Shown one piece after another: positions 1 through 7,866 of a DNA stretch of 16,193 nucleotides; within the stretch, counting starts at the first letter, position 1, and every line of letters begins with the position of its first letter. The notes beneath the pieces were generated by a model. The model saw only the letters and a list, made by a program, of their open reading frames with translations, ran no database searches and was not told the origin of the DNA. Source of the stretch: a virus; UHGV virus genome UHGV-0197964; one strand, written 5' to 3'. Made by a program: the position numbers and the translations under genes.

Positions 1-56
1 CACCCGACCACCATTATCAAGCTTGCGCCGAAGAGCATCATTTTCAGCTTTCGCAT
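1..56 (-). CDS. Rz1: o-spanin Rz1, 5' part only (runs off window start), nested in +1 frame inside Rz
   Basis: ATG at 56-54 opens [18 protein letters not shown]..., a lipoprotein-type signal peptide reaching the window edge; sits ~220 nt into Rz as in lambda-type lysis cassettes. Confidence 0.55.
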   Translation of the reverse strand, partial: MRKLKMMLFGASLIMVVG

Positions 57-276
57 CAGCTAACTCCTTCGTGTATTTAGCATCAAGTGCATCAGCAGTA
101 CGCTGGCGCTGCTGCATGTCAGTAATGGTGGCAGTCGCCTGCTTCAGCTCACTGACTTTTTTATCGCGCTGCTCTTTGTAGGTCATGGCGTTATCACGGT
201 AATGATTAACAGCCCATGACAGGCAGACGATGATGCAGATAACCAGAGCGGAGATAATCGCGGTGACTCTGCTCAT
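1..276 (-). CDS. Rz: i-spanin Rz, N-terminal 92 codons (partial)
   Basis: ATG at 276-274 overlaps the R stop (ATGA); translation [29 protein letters not shown]... is an N-terminal TM helix then a charged coiled-coil region, closely matching lambda Rz. Confidence 0.85.
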   Translation of the reverse strand, partial: MSRVTAIISALVICIIVCLSWAVNHYRDNAMTYKEQRDKKVSELKQATATITDMQQRQRTADALDAKYTKELADAKAENDALRRKLDNGGRV

Positions 277-749
277 ACCTCAATCTCTCTGACCGTTCCG
301 CCTGCTTCTTTGAATTTTGCAATCAGGCTGTCAGCCTTATGCTCGAACTGACCATAACCAGCGCCAGGCAGTGAAGCCCAGATATTGCTGCAACGGTCGA
401 TAGCCTGACGAATATCACCGCGATCAATCATCGGTAAAGCGCCACGCTCTTTAATCTGTTGCAGTGCCACAGCGTCCTGGCTTTTCGGAGAGAAGTCTTT
501 CAGGCCAAGCTGCTTACGATAGGCATCCCACCAACGGGAAAGAAGCTGGTAACGTCCGGCGGCTGTTGATTTGAGTTTCGGATTTAGCGTGACAAGTTTG
601 CGGGGGTGATCGGAGTAATCAGTGAACAGCTCGCCACCGACAATAACATCATAACCGTGATTTCTGGTTTTCTGCCGTCCGTTATCTGTTCCTTCTGACC
701 ACGCCAGCATATCGAGGAACGCCTTACGTTGATTATTGATTTCCACCAT
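273..749 (-). CDS. R: endolysin, lambda R-type lytic transglycosylase
   Basis: 158 aa ORF, near-identical over its length to my recall of lambda R ([42 protein letters not shown]...). Confidence 0.95.
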   Translation of the reverse strand: MVEINNQRKAFLDMLAWSEGTDNGRQKTRNHGYDVIVGGELFTDYSDHPRKLVTLNPKLKSTAAGRYQLLSRWWDAYRKQLGLKDFSPKSQDAVALQQIKERGALPMIDRGDIRQAIDRCSNIWASLPGAGYGQFEHKADSLIAKFKEAGGTVREIEV

Positions 750-1056
750 CTTCTACTCCGGCTTTTTTAGCAGCGAAGCGTTTGATAAGCGAACCAATCG
801 AGTCAGTACCGATGTAGCCGATGAACACGCTTGTTATATAAGCGAGATTGCTACTTAGTCCGGCGAAGTCGAGAAGGTCACGAATGAACCAGGCGATAAT
901 GGCGCACATCGTTGCGTCGATTACTGTTTTTGTAAACGCACCGCCATTATATCTGCCGCGAAGGTACGCCATTGCAAACGCAAGGATTGCCCCGATGCCT
1001 TGTTCCTTTGCCGCGAGAATGGCGGCTAACAGGTCATGTTTTTCTGGCATCTTCAT
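733..1056 (-). CDS. S: holin S with dual start (Met1-Lys2-Met3, S107/S105 arrangement)
   Basis: 107 aa [35 protein letters not shown]... near-identical to lambda S; 17-nt overlap with R as in lambda. Confidence 0.95.
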   Translation of the reverse strand: MKMPEKHDLLAAILAAKEQGIGAILAFAMAYLRGRYNGGAFTKTVIDATMCAIIAWFIRDLLDFAGLSSNLAYITSVFIGYIGTDSIGSLIKRFAAKKAGVEDGGNQ

Positions 1057-1298
1057 GTCTTACCCCCAATAAGGGGATTTGCTCTATTTAATTAGGAATA
1101 AGGTCGATTACTGATAGAACAAATCCAGGCTACTGTGTTTAGTAATCAGATTTGTTCGTGACCGATATGCACGGGCAAAACGGCAGGAGGTTGTTAGCGC
1201 AACCTCTTGCCACCCGCTTTCACGAAGGTCATGTGTAGAAGGCCGCAGCGTAACTATCACTGATGAATCCAGGATAGCCAGTGGCTACGGCTCAGTTA

Positions 1299-1374
1299 TG
1301 GTGCTGGTTAACGGACTTGAACCGCTACCCATTCGCTTACAAGGCGACTGCTCTACCATTGGAGCTAAACCAGC
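1299..1374 (-). tRNA. tRNA-Thr (anticodon UGU)
   Basis: Manual cloverleaf: 76 nt, perfect 7-bp acceptor stem (GCUGGUU/AACCAGC), U8 A9, 4-bp D stem with GG in loop, anticodon loop CUUGUAA, T-loop UUCAAGU, discriminator A, encoded CCA. Confidence 0.8.
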
Positions 1375-1379
1375 ATATT

Positions 1380-1454
1380 TGGCGGGACAGCGTGGACTCG
1401 AACCACGATAAGAAGGTTAACAGCCTTCCGTAATGACCTTTATACGACTGACCC
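1380..1454 (-). tRNA. tRNA-Asn (anticodon GUU)-like, possibly degenerate
   Basis: 75 nt; 5-bp anticodon stem with loop CUGUUAA; perfect T arm CGUGG-UUCGAGU-CCACG; encoded CCA; but acceptor stem has one U-U mismatch and D arm is atypical. Confidence 0.5.
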
Positions 1455-1510
1455 AAATAAAAAAAGCCACCGTTGCAACTTAAGAGTCACTAACGGCAGC
1501 TTACCCTCTA

Positions 1511-1540
1511 ATTATGGCTAAATGGCTAATTGCATGTCAA
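1511..1540 (-). promoter_or_regulatory. candidate late promoter pR' (-35 TTGACA, 18-bp spacer, -10 CATAAT) overlapping the 3' end of Q
   Basis: Consensus -35 at 1540-1535 and -10 at 1516-1511 read on minus strand, just downstream of Q where the Q-modified late promoter is expected; a T7 run follows at 1457-1463. Confidence 0.5.
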
Positions 1541-2036
1541 GGCTTTTAACAGCAACATGCTTAACTTTCTCAACACGTTTACGCATTTTGAAAGCATTTT
1601 GCATTGGTTGGTACAAAACAAATAACGACGCTTTCAGGATGTCGTCAATTTCGTTTCTACAGGTTGCCAGTGAAGGCTTTCTCCATCCCTCGCCACCACG
1701 TCCACACATCTTGCGTGGCTTTGCAGTCGCGTGATAGTAGGATGCAATTGATCGCTTAGATGAACCATGAGCGTAGTAGCTGAGGAGGATTCCAAAGGCT
1801 TTCTTGTCAATGCACATGACGGAATCGACGACCTGAGAAATCAACATTCCATCATCATCATTACACATTGGCCTTGTCATAACTCTTCCCGGCTCTACGC
1901 TCTCCATGAACTTCGCTATTACGCTGCTCATGCGCTTTTCCAGACGACCTGAATAAACCCATGCGCCCCACAGTTCAAGCCAGCCATTCAGCCACTCGTG
2001 CTGCTCTTTGGTGAGGTTTAGTTCTCTTATGCTCAT
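1518..2036 (-). CDS. Q: late-gene antiterminator Q, phage-82/QuuD type
   Basis: 172 aa; WGAW motif and Cys/Asp-rich segment (RPMCNDDDGMLIS) aligning with recalled DLP12 QuuD; positioned between nin region and lysis genes; start overlaps ninH stop (ATGA). Confidence 0.8.
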   Translation of the reverse strand: MSIRELNLTKEQHEWLNGWLELWGAWVYSGRLEKRMSSVIAKFMESVEPGRVMTRPMCNDDDGMLISQVVDSVMCIDKKAFGILLSYYAHGSSKRSIASYYHATAKPRKMCGRGGEGWRKPSLATCRNEIDDILKASLFVLYQPMQNAFKMRKRVEKVKHVAVKSLDMQLAI

Positions 2037-2221
2037 CGTCTTCCCCTCTTGCCTTGTTTGACCATCAGGACGCCGTTAACTATTACGTGACGCTCACCTT
2101 TGCTGTCTCGGTTGTACTTGAGCACTGTTCCTCTTGCGCAGGAAAGCATCCTCGCCACTTCGGTCTGATTGTCTCGTGTCTGGATAAGAAGCTCTGGTAT
2201 CGTTTGAATTGTGGCGTTCAT
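2033..2221 (-). CDS. ninH: NinH-like small DNA-binding protein
   Basis: Internal Met of the 81-aa ORF gives 62 aa (MNATIQTIPELLIQTRDNQTEVARMLSCARGTVLKYNRDSKGERHVIVNGVLMV...) matching recalled lambda NinH; GGAG 6 nt upstream. Confidence 0.8.
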   Translation of the reverse strand: MNATIQTIPELLIQTRDNQTEVARMLSCARGTVLKYNRDSKGERHVIVNGVLMVKQGKRGRR

Positions 2222-2243
2222 GCGTTCTCCAGTTCGGTGATTT

Positions 2244-2579
2244 TTATTCCAAGCCGTCCGCCTGGTACTTTCCACCACGAATTACGCGAATGTCATCGAA
2301 TTGCTCGTCGTCTTCCGCAAATCCGGCGTGGATAAGGGAATCGAGTAAACCTTTCAGGATGTTGTCGAGGTCGCGGCGGCGGGAGTCTGGAACGTCTGCG
2401 ATGACTTTGATGCGGAGTCGTGATTTGGTGAAAATGTCTAACTTAAGTTGGCGGATGATTTGCTGAACGTCTTTTCGGTATTTCTGGCCTTTATCGCTTA
2501 TGTAATATTGGCTTCCCCGTCTTCGCCAGTAGGTATTCACCGACGGCGGGTATGGAAGCACAAACTGATATTCGTTCAT
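2244..2579 (-). CDS. rusA: RusA-family Holliday junction resolvase
   Basis: 111 aa with the RusA catalytic-region motif PDSRRRDLDN; start overlaps YbcO-like stop (ATGA). Confidence 0.8.
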   Translation of the reverse strand: MNEYQFVLPYPPSVNTYWRRRGSQYYISDKGQKYRKDVQQIIRQLKLDIFTKSRLRIKVIADVPDSRRRDLDNILKGLLDSLIHAGFAEDDEQFDDIRVIRGGKYQADGLE

Positions 2580-2866
2580 GACTTAATCTTCCCCTCCCTC
2601 AGCAGTATCGCCTGCGTCCTGATCACGCCTTCGAGGTGGTAAAGTCTGGCGTCTTTGTTGTCGATATTATGGGTGCGTCGGTCGATCTCCGCGTGGCAGT
2701 CACTACAAGCCCATGCACCGATCAGGTCGTCAGGCTTCATTCCCGTTCCGCAAATTCCAGCCATCCGGTAATGTGCCAGAACTGTAGTTTCAGGATTGCC
2801 ATTGCATACGCCGTAAATACGTACCTGGCATTCTCTGTTGCGCGCTTCTTTGCGTAGGTTAGCCAT
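2576..2866 (-). CDS. ybcO: YbcO-like (DUF1364-type) Cys-rich putative nuclease
   Basis: 96 aa closely matching recalled DLP12 YbcO (ECQVRIYGVCNGNPET...CSDCHAEIDRRTH). Confidence 0.75.
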   Translation of the reverse strand: MANLRKEARNRECQVRIYGVCNGNPETTVLAHYRMAGICGTGMKPDDLIGAWACSDCHAEIDRRTHNIDNKDARLYHLEGVIRTQAILLREGKIKS

Positions 2867-3591
2867 TAAGCAGCCTCTCCTGTTACTTTCAGCATTCCGT
2901 TATCGAGCAGCTTTCTGGTCAGCCACTGTTGGCCACGTCCGGTGATTTTTGTAGTGAACGATATCTGTATTCCGTGATTTGTGTTGACCGCTGTTTCTTT
3001 CACTGTGAAATAGCCGCGATCCATATATTCCTGCATTGGCACATTGCGCCGGGAACCTGAAGCAATAAGGATTTTGTGATCGCGCATCCACGCAAACAGT
3101 TTGTTTGGACCAATTCCAACAACCTTTGCAAAGTTTCCAATCAAAATTCCACTGGCCTCGCCAACGCGATCGGCAAACTCAACTTTAGGTGCGGCAATTG
3201 CGAGCTGGTTTTCCAGTTGCATTTTCTGCTCAGCAAGGTTAGCAGCAAGGCGCAACGCTTCTGGTAGCGTTTTGGGGATATTAACCGCAGCTTCTTCAAG
3301 CTCTCGCCAACGGTCAACAAGGCGAGCGGTGAACTCTGGCGACAACTGGGCGACGACAATAATGCTGTCTCGCTTTCCTTGTTCGCCCTCGAAGACGTAG
3401 AAATCACGCTTCCCGGTAATAACACCTAAATCATTGATTATGTTAGTGTGCTGCAATGCAGGAGGCTTGATAACGCCACGTTTCACCAATCTATCTATGG
3501 ATACTTTTACATTGCTATGGCGGCTTTCTACCAACTCAGCGATTTCAATGCTTGTCATTTTGATGGCATTGCCATTTATTAACTCATTCAT
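2866..3591 (-). CDS. phage antirepressor, Rha N-terminal domain plus KilAC/ANT C-terminal domain
   Basis: 241 aa; N-terminal TSIEIAEL...RHSNV resembles Rha family; C-terminal region resembles KilA-C/ANT; stop overlaps ybcO start. Confidence 0.7.
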   Translation of the reverse strand: MNELINGNAIKMTSIEIAELVESRHSNVKVSIDRLVKRGVIKPPALQHTNIINDLGVITGKRDFYVFEGEQGKRDSIIVVAQLSPEFTARLVDRWRELEEAAVNIPKTLPEALRLAANLAEQKMQLENQLAIAAPKVEFADRVGEASGILIGNFAKVVGIGPNKLFAWMRDHKILIASGSRRNVPMQEYMDRGYFTVKETAVNTNHGIQISFTTKITGRGQQWLTRKLLDNGMLKVTGEAA

Positions 3592-3754
3592 CGTCTTCTT
3601 CCTCGAACATTGAGCTATTCGGATCGCTCATCAGTTCTGCGCAGCAGTGCTCACATACGTGAACTTCCAGCACATGCAGCTTCTGACCGCAATTAGCGCA
3701 CGTTAAAGCCCGCTCGACGCTTTCTTGTTCGTAACTTCGATTTGGGTCAATCAC
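3584..3754 (-). CDS. ninF: NinF-like zinc-finger protein (GTG start preferred; ORF-track TTG/ATG start at 3796 is the alternative)
   Basis: [39 protein letters not shown] matches recalled lambda NinF; GTG at 3754 has GAGGA 9 nt upstream and overlaps the ninE stop (GTGA). Confidence 0.75.
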   Translation of the reverse strand: MIDPNRSYEQESVERALTCANCGQKLHVLEVHVCEHCCAELMSDPNSSMFEEEDDE

Positions 3755-3933
3755 CTTGTATTCCTCGCACGATTTCTTAGCCACCGGATATCCCACAAGT
3801 GAGCCGTGTAGTTGAAGGTTTTTACGTCAGATTCTTTTGGAATTGGCTTGCGTTTATTTCTGGAGCGTTTCGTTGGAAGGTATTTGCAGTTTTCGCAGAT
3901 GATGTCGGTGAAACTTCGTCGCTGTCGTCTCAT
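3751..3933 (-). CDS. ninE: NinE
   Basis: Internal Met gives 60 aa [52 protein letters not shown]..., near-identical to recalled lambda NinE; ATG overlaps methyltransferase stop (ATGA). Confidence 0.85.
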   Translation of the reverse strand: MRRQRRSFTDIICENCKYLPTKRSRNKRKPIPKESDVKTFNYTAHLWDIRWLRNRARNTR

Positions 3934-4457
3934 GTCGCCCTCCTGACGCCCTGCCCGATCGCCATCAATGCCGCTTTGGATACGGTAGTAAACATCCGTC
4001 GAGGACTGATGAACGGTCGCCAAATCAGCAGCATGGAGCCTTTGCTGTTTCCCTTCTTCTCCAGCCCCGTCGATGGTTCGATAAAATTAATCCGTCCATC
4101 AGTGATGATGCGAACTTCGTCAACGCTCTCCAGAGCCTTGCTGAACCATCCGACTGACATATCCTCTGGCACAAGCATCACTACCGTCTGTCGCTGTTGT
4201 ATGCACTGCTCAGCAGCTTTTTCCACCCACGGCCTGATATTGCTGTACGGTGGGTTATTCCAGATTGCACCGTGGCTTACCCACTCAGAATTGAGCGCGT
4301 CGTCGGCCTCAGTTAGCCAGTGAGCGCACAGAGCATTTTTGTCGCTCGCTGCCGAATCCAGCCAGAATCCAAACTCAATATCCAGTGCATCAAAAAGCCA
4401 AAGCGGCGTTTGCCAGCAGTCCTTGTCGTGTGCCGGCGTATTTGATTTGATAGTCAC
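3930..4457 (-). CDS. phage Dam-type DNA N6-adenine methyltransferase (orphan, no adjacent nuclease)
   Basis: Contains NPPY motif ([10 protein letters not shown]) and CWQTP...LF N-terminal motif typical of phage Dam family; GTG start at 4457 with AGGAG upstream overlaps ninB stop (GTGA); ORF-track start 4493 is a TTG. Confidence 0.8.
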   Translation of the reverse strand: MTIKSNTPAHDKDCWQTPLWLFDALDIEFGFWLDSAASDKNALCAHWLTEADDALNSEWVSHGAIWNNPPYSNIRPWVEKAAEQCIQQRQTVVMLVPEDMSVGWFSKALESVDEVRIITDGRINFIEPSTGLEKKGNSKGSMLLIWRPFISPRRMFTTVSKAALMAIGQGVRRAT

Positions 4458-4879
4458 TCTACTTGCCTCTCCTTTAGATCCAGGTACTCGCAATTATCAG
4501 GAATGGTTAGTCGTAATCCCTTCTGATGCGCCCACTGGTCAATATCGGTCAGATATTTGTGCATATCTCCAATATCAAGCTGACGTGTTGATTTAACGCA
4601 TCGTGTAATATTAAAAATCGTCACCCTTTTAGCCGGACAAAACATATCTTTCAGCCACTCATGAACCTCTTCAGGCGTGAAGTTTTCAGCAGAAGCAGCA
4701 GATAACTGTGCGGCTATTTCTGCATTCCACACCCACATCAGATTGTTTTGTGACAATGTACGCTTCTCACGGTACTCAGATATTTTGATTCGCCAGCGTT
4801 TGCCGGTAGAGAGGATTTGTTTCAGAACTAACCAGAATTGTGATTTATTGGTTTCGTGCAGAATGAAATCATTCATCAT
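4454..4879 (-). CDS. ninB: NinB/Orf-family recombination mediator (family-level call)
   Basis: 141 aa; position immediately upstream of the nin genes and a conserved segment (RTLSQNNLMWVWNAEIA vs lambda RSLDQNRKLWACLGDVS) support NinB. Confidence 0.55.
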   Translation of the reverse strand: MMNDFILHETNKSQFWLVLKQILSTGKRWRIKISEYREKRTLSQNNLMWVWNAEIAAQLSAASAENFTPEEVHEWLKDMFCPAKRVTIFNITRCVKSTRQLDIGDMHKYLTDIDQWAHQKGLRLTIPDNCEYLDLKERQVE

Positions 4880-5096
4880 CAGTCATCAAATCTAATTGCT
4901 GGATAATTCTGTCACACTGAAAATCATTATCGATTTTAACCAACCGGCGAAGAACGCGGTCACGCGGATAGATACGTGGCTTAGGGGCGTTTTTCTGTCT
5001 CTCGCCAGTCGGAAGTCTGGAAGCAGACCAGTACCGATTTGCACGACCAATGTTCTCCTGAAAGTCGGCGCGGACAAGCTCAGTCATCGAACTCAT
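4869..5096 (-). CDS. hypothetical protein (75 aa) between tR2 and ninB
   Basis: ATG at 5096 with GGAGG 9 nt upstream; no recognisable motif. Confidence 0.5.
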   Translation of the reverse strand: MSSMTELVRADFQENIGRANRYWSASRLPTGERQKNAPKPRIYPRDRVLRRLVKIDNDFQCDRIIQQLDLMTDDE

Positions 5097-5122
5097 TTCT
5101 TAAAGCCTCCAATTACTCTCCC

Positions 5123-5156
5123 CCAAATAAAAAGGCCTGCGATTACCAGCAGGCCT
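5123..5156 (-). terminator. intrinsic terminator, lambda tR2 equivalent
   Basis: Perfect 8-bp stem AGGCCUGC/GCAGGCCU with 8-nt loop then UUUUAUUU on the minus strand, directly after the helicase gene; matches my recall of lambda tR2. Confidence 0.8.
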
Positions 5157-5181
5157 GTTATTAGCTCAGTGATGTAGATGG

Positions 5182-6558
5182 TCATACGTCAGCCCCTTGT
5201 GCATATCGTCTGCCACGCGCAGCAGGTGCATTTGATGCTGTGCAAATCTGTCTGGCTTCATCCTGGTCACACGCAACAAAGTGTCCGTTGCAGAACCGCT
5301 GGTAAACCGTACCAAGTGAGCCAAAACGGTTTTTCGTCACGATGATTTCAGCAAATGGCGCGGCGCTACTGTTCTCGTCATATACAGCTTCCCGATAGAG
5401 CATGATGATTGAGTCTGCGTCCTGTTCAATGCTTCCTGAATCACGCAAATCTGCGTTTGTCGGGCGCTTGTTTGGTCGCTTCTCAACATCGCGTGAAAGC
5501 TGACTCAGGGAAATAACCGGTGTTTTCAGGTCTTTCGCCATCGCCTTCATGCTTCCGGAGATGTGAGCAATTGCGAGGTCGTTGCGGTCTGCTTTCGGCT
5601 TCTCAATCAGGCCAAGATAATCCGCCATGATGAGTGACAGGTTTGGATTTTCCTGTTTGTGCCTTTCTGCGATTGAGCGAATTTCTTCGACCGATAACCG
5701 CGAGGCATCGACTACCCATACATCCAAATCTGCAAGCTGACTCATGCCGTTAGCAACACGCGCCCAGCCTTCGTCATCCATCGATGCAGGATTTCGCAGT
5801 ACGCTAACCGACATTCTCCCGGCGTTGGCAATGCTTCGCTCTGCAATCTGCAATGCGCTCATTTCCATTGAGAAAATCAATACTCCGCGCCGGACGTCAG
5901 AACCAGGAATAACGCGGCTTGCAACGCCTTCGGCAATCTTCAGCGCCAGTTCGGTTTTCCCCATACCAGGACGAGCAGCGATTATCACCAGGTCTTCTGC
6001 GTTCATCCCTCCGGTGATAGCGTCAAGCTCTTCGATTCCGGTCTTCAGGGTATCGGACTCTTCTCCGTTCCTCAGACGCCTGTCAAGCGTGTCAGTGTAG
6101 TCGGTGATGATTTCCCCTAACCGTACAGGTTTAACCTCGTCACGGGGCTTTCTGATAGCTGAAAGACGCTTTACGAGCTCGTCCATCGCCTGACTCGATG
6201 TATCGATGGTTCCGCTCTGAATTGGTTCACGCATTTCATCCATGATTTCCAGCACCAGACGGCGGTGATAGTTATCCGCGACCATTCCGGCATATCCCTT
6301 CAGGTTTGCGGCACTCGGGCAGTTTTTGCTGGTCATCAGGATTGACGTGAAATGCTCCTCTCCGCACGCCTCGGCAACCATCAGCGCGTCGATTAGGTTT
6401 CTGTTTCGCGCCTGCTTGCGGATAACCTCGAAGGCTTTCCGGTAGAGCGGAATTGAAAACGCTTCCGGCTCCAGCGTTGCCAGAACGTCGCTGGCGGTTG
6501 GTGTTAATCCACCAATCAGCAGGCCACCGATAACGCTCGCTTCGATATCCTGTTTCAT
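5182..6558 (-). CDS. DnaB-type replicative DNA helicase (P22 gene 12-like)
   Basis: 458 aa; Walker [12 protein letters not shown] and DnaB C-terminal domain organisation; ATGA overlap with upstream initiator. Confidence 0.9.
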   Translation of the reverse strand: MKQDIEASVIGGLLIGGLTPTASDVLATLEPEAFSIPLYRKAFEVIRKQARNRNLIDALMVAEACGEEHFTSILMTSKNCPSAANLKGYAGMVADNYHRRLVLEIMDEMREPIQSGTIDTSSQAMDELVKRLSAIRKPRDEVKPVRLGEIITDYTDTLDRRLRNGEESDTLKTGIEELDAITGGMNAEDLVIIAARPGMGKTELALKIAEGVASRVIPGSDVRRGVLIFSMEMSALQIAERSIANAGRMSVSVLRNPASMDDEGWARVANGMSQLADLDVWVVDASRLSVEEIRSIAERHKQENPNLSLIMADYLGLIEKPKADRNDLAIAHISGSMKAMAKDLKTPVISLSQLSRDVEKRPNKRPTNADLRDSGSIEQDADSIIMLYREAVYDENSSAAPFAEIIVTKNRFGSLGTVYQRFCNGHFVACDQDEARQICTASNAPAARGRRYAQGADV

Positions 6559-7502
6559 GCAATCCCCCTGTCTGCAAACTTCCCTTCCCGAACTCCCGTT
6601 AACGAGTCTTCTCTCAGCAGGTAATCAAAATCAGCCGTCCAGCCCGTGTCGTTGTCTCCGAAGTAAAACGGCTTGGCCTGATGCACAAACGCCCTGACAT
6701 ACGCCCTGAAACCGTCCACGTTTGGCGTTTTCAGTTGCGGGATGATTTTCTTCAGGCGGCGTTTGCGTTTCTCGTTGACCGCAACAGCGTGTGGCAGTCT
6801 GTCACCGACTTCGGTGTTGTAGGCGTTCAGGAAGGATTCGTAGTCGATTCGTTCTGCCTTGCGACGTTCAGGTTTAACCTGCCCATCGCCTCCCCCATTG
6901 GGGGGTAGGGGGGTATTATTTATATTCTTGTTAATACCTTCTTGTTCATGATGTGCGGTTGTTTGTGCGGCTTCATGTGCGCTTTCATGTGCGGCATGTA
7001 CGCTGAAAGCCGCGCCATTGCTGGCTTCATCATGTGCGGAATCATGTGCGGTTGTTTGTGCGGCTTCATGTGCGGGTAAATCGTCCATTTTTTGAGCATA
7101 TTCATGGTAATTTGTGATGGTTATCACACGACCTTTTTGCTTCTCTCCATCAATGGAGATCATCCCCTCTTTCACAAAAACCTGAAGCATCCGCTCAACC
7201 TGATCACGGCTTGCTGGCTTGCCATGTCTGTCGCATAACTGAAGACCTAAATCAGCTGCTGTCACAACCAGTTGACCGGGTTGCAGATGCCATTCATTAC
7301 CTTTGAAATTCGCTTTGTATGGCTTTCTGGCGGCATTCAGGAGAAGGTTTTCCCACAGGGTGCGAAGATAAACATCTTTCGCCCATGACTGTTTCAGAAT
7401 GCTCCGGTACAACGGAATGTAACCAGTTTTCTGGTTCTCCATCCTGTTGCTCCTGCGCTCGTGTGCGGCGCTGAAATCGTAGATTTTTGCTGTATTGCTC
7501 AT
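6555..7502 (-). CDS. replication initiator (O-like / replisome organizer) with His/Ala-rich repeat linker
   Basis: 315 aa; N-terminus [10 protein letters not shown] resembles lambda O start; sits immediately upstream of and coupled to the helicase; internal repeats coincide with the DNA iterons. Confidence 0.75.
   Translation of the reverse strand: MSNTAKIYDFSAAHERRSNRMENQKTGYIPLYRSILKQSWAKDVYLRTLWENLLLNAARKPYKANFKGNEWHLQPGQLVVTAADLGLQLCDRHGKPASRDQVERMLQVFVKEGMISIDGEKQKGRVITITNYHEYAQKMDDLPAHEAAQTTAHDSAHDEASNGAAFSVHAAHESAHEAAQTTAHHEQEGINKNINNTPLPPNGGGDGQVKPERRKAERIDYESFLNAYNTEVGDRLPHAVAVNEKRKRRLKKIIPQLKTPNVDGFRAYVRAFVHQAKPFYFGDNDTGWTADFDYLLREDSLTGVREGKFADRGIA
6949..7074. repeat. iteron array inside the initiator gene: 31-bp perfect direct repeat (6951-6981, 7044-7074) built from ~9-bp CATGTGCGG-type units
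   Basis: Counted directly: about 8-9 copies of (C/T)(A/T)TGTGCGG at ~11-12 bp spacing; flanked at 6915-6940 by a ~85% AT stretch. Confidence 0.7.
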
Positions 7503-7504
7503 AA

Positions 7505-7777
7505 CTACCTGCCTTGACGAAAGACCTTAAGAACATCGTTAAACTGACTTACGGATATGTCTTCTTTGAGAAGCTTTTCCAGAAATGCGTTTGGAATGAA
7601 CGTATATCCCTCCTCTTTTGGTAGAGACGGGAGCAACGCCCTCGCCTCAGCCTTCAGAAGCTCAGTTCTGGCAACTTTCACAAAAGAGATTTGAGTTCTT
7701 TCATCAATGGAACGAAGGAAGCGCAAACGCTTAGCTTCTTTGTGTGTATCAGGTGGATTAAAGCCTTTGTTTCGCAT
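7505..7777 (-). CDS. hypothetical protein (90 aa) immediately upstream of the initiator
   Basis: ATG at 7777 with GAGG ~10 nt upstream; no recognisable motif. Confidence 0.5.
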   Translation of the reverse strand: MRNKGFNPPDTHKEAKRLRFLRSIDERTQISFVKVARTELLKAEARALLPSLPKEEGYTFIPNAFLEKLLKEDISVSQFNDVLKVFRQGR

Positions 7778-7788
7778 ATAATTACCTC

Positions 7789-7866
7789 GTTGGATGTTGT
7801 TAAAATTCCATTTGTATTTGATCAGAACGCTCGGTCTTGCACACCGGGCGTTTTATTTTTTTATGT
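7789..7866 (+). ncRNA. oop: oop-like antisense RNA (~78 nt) with its own -10 and intrinsic terminator
   Basis: Perfect TATAAT at 7777-7782; transcript would start GUUGGAU...; terminator hairpin GCUCGGU/ACCGGGC (7 bp, one G-U) at 7829-7850 followed by a U-rich run to ~7867; resembles recalled lambda oop in length, start and 3' end. Confidence 0.5.
7802..7852 (-). repeat. unused second copy of the cII 3' end, downstream of the HNH gene
   Basis: Minus-strand frame reads RPVCKTERSDQIQMEF-stop, homologous to lambda cII C-terminus (RPAATERSEQIQMEF); shares CCGGGCGTTTT with the active cII 3' end at 8333-8345. Confidence 0.65.

Noticed and set aside
848-1072. 74-aa plus-strand ORF
   Set aside because: Lies entirely antisense to the lambda-identical holin gene S; no ribosome-binding site; treated as a shadow ORF.
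1205-1298. Possible third tRNA next to tRNA-Thr
   Set aside because: Has a 7-nt inverted repeat but no foldable cloverleaf (no T-loop or anticodon arm).
1455-1500. Candidate tR' terminator between the late promoter and the tRNAs
   Set aside because: A T7 run exists (1457-1463) but the only upstream stem is 5 bp with a 17-nt loop; too weak to call without folding or transcript mapping.
1522-1952. Plus-strand ORFs of 70 and 61 aa
   Set aside because: Both antisense inside the Q gene; no independent support.
2054-2857. Plus-strand ORFs of 64-93 aa
   Set aside because: Antisense to the tightly coupled ninH-rusA-ybcO genes, which have clear homology; considered frame shadows.
2900-3425. ORFs of 63-99 aa on both strands inside the antirepressor gene
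   Set aside because: Nested in or antisense to a 241-aa gene with recognisable domains.
3799-4596. Plus-strand ORFs of 174 and 85 aa
   Set aside because: Antisense to ninE, the methyltransferase and ninB; no start context; compositionally odd (Ser/Leu-rich).
5744-6577. ORFs of 118 aa (plus) and 101 aa (minus)
   Set aside because: Inside the DnaB-type helicase gene in other frames; helicase has Walker A motif and full-length coherence.
6945-7078. Repeat array considered as a possible CRISPR
   Set aside because: Units are ~9-12 bp with no spacers of unique sequence, only ~130 bp in total and inside a coding region; an iteron array fits better.
6920-7105. 61-aa ORF rich in PHMKPH repeats
   Set aside because: Alternative-frame reading of the iteron repeats inside the initiator gene; repetition is a DNA-level feature.
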